A stretch of DNA of 32,000 nucleotides from Geotalea daltonii FRC-32 (GTDB lineage: Bacteria; Desulfobacterota; Desulfuromonadia; Geobacterales; Geobacteraceae). Shown here piece by piece: positions 8,701-17,108 of this stretch. The position numbers and the translations under genes were made by a program. The stretch lies in the NCBI RefSeq assembly GCF_000022265.1, contig NC_011979.1, forward strand, positions 3,420,001 through 3,452,000. The letters are read 5' to 3'. A model generated the notes under the pieces. That model saw nothing but the letters and a program-made list of their open reading frames with translations. It ran no database searches and was not told the origin of the DNA. How positions within the stretch are numbered: position 1 is the stretch's first letter; each line of letters begins with the position of its first letter.

Positions 8701-11700
8701 CCGTTGAGGCCACTGTCAACAAAAGCAGTCGTACCGGCAGAGGCGGTGTTGATTGGGGTCCAGATACTGGAAGAGGTTATGGGGCCAAGGGTCCGCTCGA
8801 TGCGGAAGCCGGCGCCGGCAGTATTGCTGCTCCAGGCAAGATCGATCCTGCTGTAATCTGCCTGTGGGGTTGCCGTGAAAGGCGCAGGAACGAGAATGAA
8901 ATTATTGACCTGCTTGATCACCAGATAATCGGCATTTCCGGTTGCATTGGCCGAGCTTCCGGCAATGAATGCCTCCCCCTGATAGTTGACGGCGATGGAG
9001 CTGGCTTCATCATTGCCATTGGCAGCGCCGTTGTAAGTGGTGGCACCCAACAGCGCCCCCTCATGGTCATAGATGAGTGACATAACGTCAATGGTGGCAC
9101 CGTTGCTGGTGTTGCCGGCAACATAGATATATCCCGAGGCGTCCACAGCCATGGCGATCGCCTGATCGTCGTTCACCGGGCGCTGCAGACTTTTCTGCCA
9201 GACCACATCCCCGGCGGCATTGTACCTGACCAGGGTCACGTCATGATCACCGGGGCCGGTCAATGTGGTCCCGGCAACGATGATCGCTCCGTCAATGGGG
9301 TCAATTCTTAACGATACTCCATCGTCATCACCGTTTGCCGGCCCGGCAACCGGGCGTTCCCAGATCCTCTGGGCGATATTGCCGCTACCGCTGTACTTGA
9401 TGGTGTAGATATCCCTGTTGCCGGCGGCGGTCTTTGCCGATCCGGTTACGTACACATCTCCTGCCGTATCTGTGGCAATGGAATTGCCCCGGTTATCCCC
9501 ACCGGAGATTACGCTGTAAAGGTCGGACCAGATGAGGGCGCCGTTGGTGCCGCTGTATTTTGCGGTAAAGAAGTTGTAGATGTTGGAACCTGGAGCCGTT
9601 TCGCTGTAACCGGTAACGTAGACGTTGCCGTCCGGCCCGATGGCTACCGCACTGGGGATGTCGTCCCCGCCACCGTCAAAGGGCACCGCGGCCCAGGAGG
9701 AAACTGCATTGCCCAGCTCATCCAGGAGAGGTGCCGCAGCATATTTGACCACATAAATGTCCTCGTTACCTGCTGCATTCTTGCCATAACCGATGACGAC
9801 GATGTTGTTACCGGCATCGGTGGTGGTGTCAATGGCCGTCGCCCGGTCATCGATGGCACCGGGGCCGTTGTACTGGCTGTGCCACAGTTCCGGAGGCCCT
9901 GCTGCAGGGTATTTCAAGGTATAGATGGAGTTGATGTTCCTCTGGGCCGGTGCGTAGAAAAGTTGCGAGTAGCCCGAGACGATGGCATTGTTGCTGCCAT
10001 CCACCGCCACGCATTTGGCCACATCCATTTCACTATCCGCATCATCGTAAAGGTGACTCCAGATGATACTTTTATCCACATTGCTCAATTTGAGGGTGTA
10101 GTAGTCGAATCCCCCCACGGCACGGAGGCTGTAACCGGTGACTACCGGATTGTTGTCCGGACCGACGGCAACGGCATTGGCGAAATCATCCATGTCATCG
10201 GGGTTGTTGTACAGATAGCTCCAGCTGGGGGCGATAAAATTGACGAACACAGTCAGGGCGCGGGCCTCGTTGCTGTAGTGGGAATCGCCGTTGGCGGCGT
10301 TGTAAGCTCGTACCCGGTAGTAGTAATAATTATTGGCAATCAGCCCCTCATCGGTATAGGTGGTGATCCCTGCTCCGACAGCGCCAATCTGGGCAAAGGT
10401 TCCCTGTTCTCCCAGCTTCCTCTCGATCTTGAACCCATCCTCGTTGCCGGAGTTATCGGTCCAGGAGAGCCCGACGCTGGTGCTTGAAATGGTTGCGGTT
10501 GCCAGACTGGTGGGGGGGTTGAGGGCACCGGCGTCGTATTTGATCAGGTAGTAGTCCAGATCGCTGCCGTTGTCCGACCAGCCACCCACCAGAACGTCTC
10601 CTGCCGGCGAAAATCCAAGGCCGACCGGGCGATCGTTCTTACCTGCAGTTCCATTGAAGCTGCTGTGCCACAACTGGTTACCGTTGTCTCTTTTGTATTT
10701 GATAGTCTGGAAGTCGTAATTTCCCGCCGCCACCGTATAGCCGGTAACGAATACATCCCCTGCCTCGTCGACGGCGATGCCGGTGGCTATTGCCACATCG
10801 GTGTTGCCGTCTCCCGAGTCGAAATTCTGCTGCCATACGATAGCACCGTTACTGCCTGAATAGCGGGCAGTATAAAAGTCGTTGGTGCCGGAAAGGGTCC
10901 AGGTATAGCCCGTAACATAGACATCACCCCCCGCGTCCACATAAAGGCCGTTGGGTTCGTCGTTGAAGGCTCCGTTGTAGGTCCTCTCCCAGACAATGGC
11001 ACCGGTCGCACCGTTGTGTTTGGCAGTATAGATATCCAGGTCCAGGTTGTTTGCCGCCGTACCGCTGACGATTACGTTGCCGCCGGCATCCATCTTCACC
11101 TGTTTCCCGGAACATACATATCCGGCCCCTGATGAGTAGCGCCGCTCCCACAGGTTGCTTCCGTCGAAGCCATATTTGATGGTGAGCAGGTCATAGGAAG
11201 TGCCGTTCCATGATTGACCCGTTACAGCAAGTCCGTCAATGCCTGCGGCAAGGGAATACAGCTGGTCGGCGCCTTGGGCTGTCCCGTTATAGGTAGCAGC
11301 CCAAAGGGGAGTCCCGTCAGGATCAGGGCCCCCGGCGCTGTATTTGAGAATGACGAGATCGTCATTGCCCGAAGCATTCTGGGTGGTCCCGCCAACATAG
11401 ACATTATTGAGGGAGTCTACCGAAACTGCGGTGCCCAGATCGTTGCCACTGGCCCCCCCGTTCCAGGTATGCTGCCAAAGCACGACTCCGGTTGCTCCGC
11501 TGTACTTGATGGTGTGGATATCCTTGTTCGTCCCGTTCCAGACATATCCGGTTACGATCACATCATTGGCTGCATCGACCACAATGGCGGTGGCCTTGTC
11601 TGAGGCTCCCGCCCTGTCATAAAAGGCACTCCAGGCTATGTCCGATCCATCCGCCTTGAATTTGACGGTGTAGTAATCGTCGTTGGTATCACCGGCAAGA

Positions 11701-11918
11701 TTCCGGTAGCCGGTTACCAGGAAATTCCCCTGGGGATCCACAATGGAAGCCTGAGCCTCCTGGGTACCGGCTTTGAGGTCGCCCTTTTGCCAGACGATAT
11801 CGCCGCCGGCGGCGAAAGAGTCGCTGAGGGAAAGGTTGACAAACGCCAGGATCAGGAATAGCCCCCCCGTGAATTGACAAAATATCCGGAAAAAGTAATT
11901 TGATTTTATAGTTACCAT
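5718..11918 (-). CDS. Giant secreted protein: signal peptide, SBBP beta-propeller region 1, FN3, SBBP beta-propeller region 2, then 11 tandem FN3 domains
   Basis: 2066-aa ORF. The N-terminal signal-like segment is FTGGLFLILAFVNLSLSDSFAAGG. The SBBP-type blade pattern recurs (D..a.avD..GNvyVtGyt....DyyTiKY...G..lW), for example DIHTIKYSGATGVVLW, DLLTIKYGFDGSNLW, DFYTARYSGSNGAIVW, DIYVVKYAAAP and DIYTIKYSGSG. By my count there are 12 FN3-like units with the LSWtD.tGe.GYkiERs...YyYRV signature. Approximate map: propeller 1 at 11800-10530, FN3-1 at 10515-10250, propeller 2 at 10240-8900, FN3 x11 at 8890-5760. Confidence 0.85.
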   Translation of the reverse strand: MVTIKSNYFFRIFCQFTGGLFLILAFVNLSLSDSFAAGGDIVWQKGDLKAGTQEAQASIVDPQGNFLVTGYRNLAGDTNDDYYTVKFKADGSDIAWSAFYDRAGASDKATAIVVDAANDVIVTGYVWNGTNKDIHTIKYSGATGVVLWQHTWNGGASGNDLGTAVSVDSLNNVYVGGTTQNASGNDDLVILKYSAGGPDPDGTPLWAATYNGTAQGADQLYSLAAGIDGLAVTGQSWNGTSYDLLTIKYGFDGSNLWERRYSSGAGYVCSGKQVKMDAGGNVIVSGTAANNLDLDIYTAKHNGATGAIVWERTYNGAFNDEPNGLYVDAGGDVYVTGYTWTLSGTNDFYTARYSGSNGAIVWQQNFDSGDGNTDVAIATGIAVDEAGDVFVTGYTVAAGNYDFQTIKYKRDNGNQLWHSSFNGTAGKNDRPVGLGFSPAGDVLVGGWSDNGSDLDYYLIKYDAGALNPPTSLATATISSTSVGLSWTDNSGNEDGFKIERKLGEQGTFAQIGAVGAGITTYTDEGLIANNYYYYRVRAYNAANGDSHYSNEARALTVFVNFIAPSWSYLYNNPDDMDDFANAVAVGPDNNPVVTGYSLRAVGGFDYYTLKLSNVDKSIIWSHLYDDADSEMDVAKCVAVDGSNNAIVSGYSQLFYAPAQRNINSIYTLKYPAAGPPELWHSQYNGPGAIDDRATAIDTTTDAGNNIVVIGYGKNAAGNEDIYVVKYAAAPLLDELGNAVSSWAAVPFDGGGDDIPSAVAIGPDGNVYVTGYSETAPGSNIYNFFTAKYSGTNGALIWSDLYSVISGGDNRGNSIATDTAGDVYVTGSAKTAAGNRDIYTIKYSGSGNIAQRIWERPVAGPANGDDDGVSLRIDPIDGAIIVAGTTLTGPGDHDVTLVRYNAAGDVVWQKSLQRPVNDDQAIAMAVDASGYIYVAGNTSNGATIDVMSLIYDHEGALLGATTYNGAANGNDEASSIAVNYQGEAFIAGSSANATGNADYLVIKQVNNFILVPAPFTATPQADYSRIDLAWSSNTAGAGFRIERTLGPITSSSIWTPINTASAGTTAFVDSGLNGNTQYCYRIEAYNGSLVSRKITTCATTTLQAPVLDQLSLLSPTSVDVSWNNIPGNSGYRLERMAGGGSWTQIGNNLAPDTLLYHDTTLTAGVVYQYRINTINSAGLSLASNVQVAPVLNVLAGITAAKIDLTWPAVTGATGYKVERSTDNSTWTVIAIPGAAAVSFSDTTVVAGVLYYYRLRATNPDGDSAASLVQSGRTKLQTPAITSATTVSTSEISVNWSDPNSFESGYKLEYSDCLNQTYCASNTGYDYYWTAWTTVNLGVDATTRNISGLTPGNLYRLRVTAVGTVNSDTSTIVTARTNVSGPTNLVATAATDSSVSLSWSDVFGETNYRVLKDGVVLSGSGLPLAQNTTIYTVSGLSMNIPYCFKVQPYNGTSSSDSNEACVTIYGPPTLTSVTGVSQGQIDLAWIDVTGDVGYEVWRSAATYQSTPPASPGTGSWSVYVNGTPTPLAADTVVFNNSGLTAGYTYKYKIRYKLADGSFSAFSNEFMATTVPPTPSFSTSVVSSSQIKLSWTDKTGETSYNLQHKVRNGADCTTEDWTGVTSTSVAQNSITTTVSSLLSGTTYCFRLNAANLAGDSPWSSTVTQTTWLDAPVLNPLTGITQSKIDLSWTNITGNTGYKIERKTDTVAWSQLATPVTDVAIYSDTTAAANTTYYYRVYTKNSVGAYSVASNEQSAATLPITPPVLNTLSGITTGQIILSWNDVAGNDGYKVERSPDGANWSQVATPAQGAITYTNSGLSAGTLYYYRVSTKNTAGSYSVPSNIQSATTTPAAPSLTTKLISEARIDLTWQVVYGATNYKILRSIGGNGPWSQINNLAIPYSTLYCGYYTSPTIGCPTLVPVFTTHGDTSLTENVEYCYQMTAWNTTGGDSAPSNIVCQKTPAVGAPSLNAVTPLNSGKIKLEWSYTGAACTPVPCENPDGFQIWRLLPTGEMGLVTTVPNTGSYTDTLAIEPQKAYAYQVRAYRGGDFSPFSNTLQATTPAYTSADGTCQ

Positions 11919-14900
11919 GGCGTCACCTTATTCCAGCTGTTATCGGGCCAGGCGCCGCCCGGATGGCAGTTGACCCCATACTGATCGGCACCACGGGGGA
12001 AACTGCCGCTGCTTGGGTTGGGATAGTTGGAATATTCAAAGGTAGCGGGGCCGTTAGACCCTGCCTGTCCGCCGGAAGCCACCCTTCCCCTGTGTCTTGT
12101 ATCAAGGCAGTTGGTCTGCATGAGGCGAGGCATGCCGCTTGTGTGTGGCGCATGGCACTTGGAACAGCTATAGGAATGCTGCGTGTTGGCTCCCCATCCC
12201 TTGACCGACTCGTGCACCCGATCGGCACTTTTCCAAGGCTGGTTCTTGTTGATGCCGTCGGTGAGCTTCGACTTGTTGTGACAGCGCAGGCAAAGCCCGG
12301 CGAAACTGCTGTCGTCCTCTGAAATCCTGGCCCCACCGAAGGTGTTCTGGTCGGTGTAAGCCCCCGGCGGCCCGTATAGCTTCTGCCCCCCCGGCGGATT
12401 AGCGGTATCTGCTATGGCCGCATCTTCCCGATATGGTGATGTAAGCCAGGTTCCCTTAAGCATCGGCACGGCAAGGGGCTGCTTCGTTCCCAAAACCGGG
12501 CTTACCCCATGGGGATCGTGGCAGGGTGTGCAGAGACCATTGATCTTGTTTTGCGCAGCAGTTGTATTGTTGAGGAAACTGGACGATTTCAAGTGCCCAC
12601 CCTTGATGGCCATATTCTTGTAAGAGTAACGGCTCATATATCCGGCAGTATCCGCCCCGAAGCGGAACGAATCAAGGTAGCCCCTGATGGGTGCAGTTGC
12701 ACCGAATGTGGACTCATATCCCCATGGGGTTACGCCCACGTTCTGGTTCAGGTGACAGTCGAAGCATTGACCGGCCCCGGCATTATAAGGATTGATGGAA
12801 CCGGCAGCGCTATTGGCCGAAGCCTTGTAGCTCATGGCGTAGCCCCCCTTGCCCGCCTGTGTTTCTTTGAGATTGGCTCCGTTGTATGTACCGTTGAAAG
12901 TCAGGTAACTTGAGGTCACACCTACTACCTTCGAGCCGTGGGAACTGTGACAGTCGAAACACTGTACGTTCTGGGCGCCGTTTCTGGTATTGGCAATGGA
13001 GCTGTCGAGGCCATTGATGGCATCGAAGCCGCCCTGGTTGGCTACTGCGTTGCCGTGGGCGGAAACCGCCTTGGTTACCCGGTCCTTCTGATTGGCACCG
13101 GGATAGGTGGTGGAGTTGTACTTGCCCCAAGACACGGTGCCCTGCTGTGAATAACGGGCAGCAACGCTCTGCAGATCCCATGCATACTGGCGCGGCGTCT
13201 TGCAGTCGTTGAACGGCACGCTGTCATTGTTCTGGTCACTGTGGCAGCTGATGCAGACATTGGTGAGCTTGGTCACTTCCGTCCGCTCATTGGCAGTGCC
13301 GATATTGCTGGCAAGGAAGCTGACGGCAGTCGTATAGAGCTTATAAACGGTGGGCCTGATGCCGGGTTCCCAGACGACCAGATCCACGGGCGCATTCTTC
13401 GCCGACGAATAATTCTTGTAGTTGTAGCCCTCATGGTGCTTCACATCGATGAGTCCTTCCGGTGTCGATTCCCAGTGGCACGAGTAACAATGCTTGTTGG
13501 TTACCGTCACCCCTTGCACATGATGGGAATTGGCTTTCATCTGCCCCATGATGTCCATACGCATGCCGATGGTGCCGCTGTGACACTTTGTGCAGTCCCT
13601 GGGCAGGCCGAACCCTGAATGGCGCGGCACCGGCTTGTTTTGGTGGCAGGTGTTGCATGGCTGGTCATCGGCATGGCTGTCGGTAAAGCGATGTTCGTGA
13701 CAGGAAGTGCAGACGCGGCTGGCATTGTGTCCGTCGCCGCCATCCACGCGGTAATGCTGGCTTCCGGCAGAATGGCAGACGTTGCAGATGCCGTTGTATG
13801 GGGCATTGATCCGGGCATAATCAAGCCCGCTCTGTTTCCTGGTGAATGAAACATCGGCCCTGGTTTTCGGAATGCCGAAGGTCCCCTCGGTGGAGGTGGC
13901 AACCTTGTTCTGGATCATAAAGATATTGCCGTCCCCATGGGGATCATGGCAGTCCCAGCAGAATTTGCCCCCTTTCCAAACGCCATCCTGGACATAGGCC
14001 CGGTTGTGTTTATAGCCAAAGTGGACAGAAGATGCCCTGGCCTTCTGAGGCTTGATGAACCGGTACTCGGCTGAAGAAAATGGCCTGAAGCCAAGAGAGT
14101 ACTTCAGTGGTTTGTTCGCGGGAGCGGAATGACAGCTGTTGCACTTGCCTCCCGTATCGTCGTCATGGCATTTGAGGCAGACCCCCATCATCAGGTACTG
14201 ATTTTTCACATCCCCCTTCTGGTCGGCAGTCCATATACCGGCACCGGCATTGTGCCGTTTCATATCATTGGTCGGGCTGGCCGGATCAACAAAATGGCAT
14301 AACGTGGTCAGACAGGATGTACCTCCACCGGACATGGGCCGGTGATCCGGACGGGGAGCGACACTGCCGTCTGGCCAGGTTGTCGAAGGGTCTGCCGGCA
14401 GCGAAGCCAGCTGCGGGGCCAGTGATTCGTCGTTGTCATGGCATGAGAGACATTCGCTGTCGAGGCCGATCATGTGACAGTAGACGCATTCTTTTTCGAA
14501 ACGGTTGGTATACTGGTCATGCTGCCGCAGCCGGAAAGGGTTGCCGGTGTCATTGTGCAGGATATTGTTATCATGACAGTACCAGCAGGGGTTGCCGGGG
14601 AAATTTGCCGCCGGATTGCCGCTTGCCGGGTATGGTCCTGCGGATATAGGCCTGCCATGTCCTGTGGTTGCCCATTCGGTAAGGTTTATTCTGGCCTGGG
14701 TGCTGTAGATCTTGAAGCCGAAGCTGTCCACATCGGGGCTGGTGGTGCCGTGGCACGTAAGACAGATGACACCCGTGTTCACCGAGCTTCCCCACTGGGG
14801 GTCTGTGCCGCCGGAATGACAGGCGGTGTTGGAACAGGTCTTGGTGACGGGATTATATGATCCCCCCTGCTTGAATACCACGTCCTTGGCCTTGTTCACG

Positions 14901-16753
14901 TGGTACGAACCATTGAGATGGGAGACCTCAGACATGCTGCCAAGGGGAATACCGGTGGCATGACAGTCGGTGCAGATGCCGTTGGTAATGGTGGCGGTAT
15001 GGCACTGATCGCAGGTAAAATTGGTATCTGCGTGTCTCTGGTGTGAATTGGCGCGGTCCGAACCGGAACCCTGGTTGGGGAACATGGGAGTTGCTGCCTT
15101 CCATTCCTGGCCGGCAGGCCAGCCGGCTTTGGCAGTCCAGACCTTACCGGTGCTGTCGGTCCTTCCATCATGGCAGAGGGTGTTTGAGCATGTTCCACTG
15201 GGATGGCCATGACAGCTGTTGCAGTCCGTTTTTGGCGCAGTCCAGGCAAAGGGACGCACGTCTTCAGGGTTAGTGGTGCCGTCGCTATGGCAGTAGACGT
15301 TGTCGCAGATCTTGTTGGCTGCGTCATACACCGGGGCAGACCTGCCGACTATCGCCCACTGGCTGCCCATTGACACATCCTTCACGCCATTGGTATGCCT
15401 TGTTTTATCGATGATATTGCCGTTGGCATCGATGGTGGCATTATGGCAGTAGGTACAGGGGTATCTGCGTATCCATTGGGGACCCACCAGTCGCGAATGG
15501 CCGTTGGAAGTAATATTGACGTAAGGGGCGCAGAAGCCCTTGTCACTGTTCCAGACGCCGCCCGTATCGGCACAGTTGGCGGGGGTATTGTCCTGGGTGC
15601 GCCCCTTGTGGCACGAGTAGCACTGCATGGGGGCGGTATCCGTCCATTTGACTGAAAAGGTCGGTGCACCACCGTCTGCATTACTGTGGCAATAGGCATT
15701 GCAGCTTTTATCTTCCGAACCGTAATTGCCCCCCTCCCTGAAGGAGACATCCTTGTTTTTGTTCACATGGCTGGCTTTGTCGGCAATGGTATCGCTGCCG
15801 TTTGCCGTCGTCTTATGACAACGCTCACAGCTATAGGCATAGCCGGAACTCCCGGTATGCTTTCCATGCCTGCCGCTGAGGTTCGTGGTATCGCCAGCGC
15901 TATCGTGGCATGAATTGCAGGATGAGGCGAATGTGGCCCCCCATGTCGGTGTAGTTTTGGGAGCTCCCTCCTGCCCGTCGCTGTGGCAGTAGAGGTTGGA
16001 ACAGCTGCCGTTTCTGTCTTCGGCCCGGGTCCGGCTCGGCAGATAGTTGGGATAGCTCAGATTCTGTGGTTTGCCATAGCCGCCGCCGCTGTTTGGCGCC
16101 ACATTAAAGGACAGGATCAGGTTTCTGCCGACACTGGTGGCATGGGAAAACGGGTTGGCACCGGCGAAATGACTGACATGGCAGATGCCGCAACTGCCAC
16201 TACCGGTGCCATAGTAGTCACCATGCTTCTTGCCAGGTCCAGAGGCAGCTGGATGATTGCCATCAGCCGGTGGAGTATCGTGGCAGGCCCCGCATCCGGT
16301 TTCTAAAGTAAGGACGGCACCGCCCCAGACAGGGGTTTCTTTCTCGAAATGGCAATTGACGTTCGTGCAGGTGCCAAGTGAAGGGGTTGAGGTCTGGGGG
16401 AAGGGAGTGGTACTGTTTTTATATGTAGCAGCCTGGGGAGAATTCTTGATGTTGGAGGACAATCCGATTACCCCATCGCGATGGCTCGTGGTGTAGCTGT
16501 CGCTGCCGGGATGGCACTTGGTGCAGCTAGTGGCATTGGCGCCGATAGCAAGATGGTTGCGATGTGTTCCCTGAAATCCGCCGGTGGTGATGTTGCGGTA
16601 GGGGGCGTCGGTGGGACGGAAATCCATGGCGGACCTGGTACCGTGGCAGTCATAGCAGCTTATTGAGGCGCCTGCACTGGTAACGGTCAGAAAAAAAGTT
16701 GTTGCTACTCCCAGCCAGATAAGAAAACGCTGCCGGTATTGAACATTGCTCAA
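11912..16753 (-). CDS. Giant multihaem c-type cytochrome (about 29 CXXCH plus 6 CX4CH and 1 CX3CH motifs), secreted
   Basis: 1613-aa ORF. The N-terminal signal-like segment is FLIWLGVATTFFLTVTSAGAS. Manual count gives 29 CXXCH motifs (CYDCH ... CSKCH). Modules of the form CX4CH-(~20 aa)-CXXCH recur, for example CTNVNCH...CGACH, CSNLYCH...CNSCH, CDNVYCH...CNSCH and CSNTACH...CLTCH. These match the Geobacter CxxxxCH...CXXCH domain (TIGR01904) from memory. The C-terminal half has CxxCHdPHG motifs typical of the doubled-CXXCH family. The start is TTG at 16753, preceded by GGGGGGGAACC. Confidence 0.9.
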   Translation of the reverse strand: MSNVQYRQRFLIWLGVATTFFLTVTSAGASISCYDCHGTRSAMDFRPTDAPYRNITTGGFQGTHRNHLAIGANATSCTKCHPGSDSYTTSHRDGVIGLSSNIKNSPQAATYKNSTTPFPQTSTPSLGTCTNVNCHFEKETPVWGGAVLTLETGCGACHDTPPADGNHPAASGPGKKHGDYYGTGSGSCGICHVSHFAGANPFSHATSVGRNLILSFNVAPNSGGGYGKPQNLSYPNYLPSRTRAEDRNGSCSNLYCHSDGQEGAPKTTPTWGATFASSCNSCHDSAGDTTNLSGRHGKHTGSSGYAYSCERCHKTTANGSDTIADKASHVNKNKDVSFREGGNYGSEDKSCNAYCHSNADGGAPTFSVKWTDTAPMQCYSCHKGRTQDNTPANCADTGGVWNSDKGFCAPYVNITSNGHSRLVGPQWIRRYPCTYCHNATIDANGNIIDKTRHTNGVKDVSMGSQWAIVGRSAPVYDAANKICDNVYCHSDGTTNPEDVRPFAWTAPKTDCNSCHGHPSGTCSNTLCHDGRTDSTGKVWTAKAGWPAGQEWKAATPMFPNQGSGSDRANSHQRHADTNFTCDQCHTATITNGICTDCHATGIPLGSMSEVSHLNGSYHVNKAKDVVFKQGGSYNPVTKTCSNTACHSGGTDPQWGSSVNTGVICLTCHGTTSPDVDSFGFKIYSTQARINLTEWATTGHGRPISAGPYPASGNPAANFPGNPCWYCHDNNILHNDTGNPFRLRQHDQYTNRFEKECVYCHMIGLDSECLSCHDNDESLAPQLASLPADPSTTWPDGSVAPRPDHRPMSGGGTSCLTTLCHFVDPASPTNDMKRHNAGAGIWTADQKGDVKNQYLMMGVCLKCHDDDTGGKCNSCHSAPANKPLKYSLGFRPFSSAEYRFIKPQKARASSVHFGYKHNRAYVQDGVWKGGKFCWDCHDPHGDGNIFMIQNKVATSTEGTFGIPKTRADVSFTRKQSGLDYARINAPYNGICNVCHSAGSQHYRVDGGDGHNASRVCTSCHEHRFTDSHADDQPCNTCHQNKPVPRHSGFGLPRDCTKCHSGTIGMRMDIMGQMKANSHHVQGVTVTNKHCYSCHWESTPEGLIDVKHHEGYNYKNYSSAKNAPVDLVVWEPGIRPTVYKLYTTAVSFLASNIGTANERTEVTKLTNVCISCHSDQNNDSVPFNDCKTPRQYAWDLQSVAARYSQQGTVSWGKYNSTTYPGANQKDRVTKAVSAHGNAVANQGGFDAINGLDSSIANTRNGAQNVQCFDCHSSHGSKVVGVTSSYLTFNGTYNGANLKETQAGKGGYAMSYKASANSAAGSINPYNAGAGQCFDCHLNQNVGVTPWGYESTFGATAPIRGYLDSFRFGADTAGYMSRYSYKNMAIKGGHLKSSSFLNNTTAAQNKINGLCTPCHDPHGVSPVLGTKQPLAVPMLKGTWLTSPYREDAAIADTANPPGGQKLYGPPGAYTDQNTFGGARISEDDSSFAGLCLRCHNKSKLTDGINKNQPWKSADRVHESVKGWGANTQHSYSCSKCHAPHTSGMPRLMQTNCLDTRHRGRVASGGQAGSNGPATFEYSNYPNPSSGSFPRGADQYGVNCHPGGAWPDNSWNKVTPW

Positions 16754-17108
16754 GGTTCCCCCCCGGGATCATGCCATTTTAAATTGAAATCCTCCGGAAG
16801 CTGCGATACTTTTCCCACCGCGTTTGGACCGAAACGATGGGAAATTTAACAGTGGTCATTGTTAAGGCAGCAAGATATTCCAGAGATAATGAGCAACTTT
16901 TATACCCTTAACCCCTTCATTTAATGAGATTAATTCGTGAGAAGTAATTGTTAGTTTTTTCAGGTAGATAGAGAGACCAGGAAGGGAAAAACTGCTAGGG
17001 GGTATCGTCTGACAATCGATCAAATAGCGGAGAAATTAAACTTGTTTCTGTGATTAGACTATAAGAACAGTCGCCCGCATTACAACTGAGCTAAAATTTT
17101 CTTATTTT

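Noticed and set aside
5783-16666. Dozens of 60-260-aa ORFs in other frames within the two giant genes (for example 7413-8204 +, 9879-10487 +, 11923-12336 -, 14896-15327 -)
   Set aside because: All are nested in the 2066-aa and 1613-aa ORFs, whose translations show strong repeated domain signatures. The nested ORFs are Pro/Arg/Gly/Ala-rich, as expected for off-frame reading of GC-rich coding DNA.
16758-16764. Homopolymeric G7/C7-C8 tracts as phase-variation switches. One lies in the cytochrome SD (16758-16764), one in the signal-peptide codons of the FN3 gene (11862-11868), and others at 10512-10518 and 17807-14
   Set aside because: Tracts of 7-8 G/C recur in ordinary in-frame coding positions throughout this GC-rich DNA, including Gly and Pro codon runs. 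Their presence at the two gene starts is therefore not clearly non-random. Only read-level length heterogeneity could revive the idea.
16868-16884. Sigma-54-like element TGGAATATCTTGC on the minus strand upstream of the cytochrome
   Set aside because: The GG-to-GC spacing is 10 nt rather than the 12 nt implied by the TGGCAC-N5-TTGC consensus. The -24 element is also poor.
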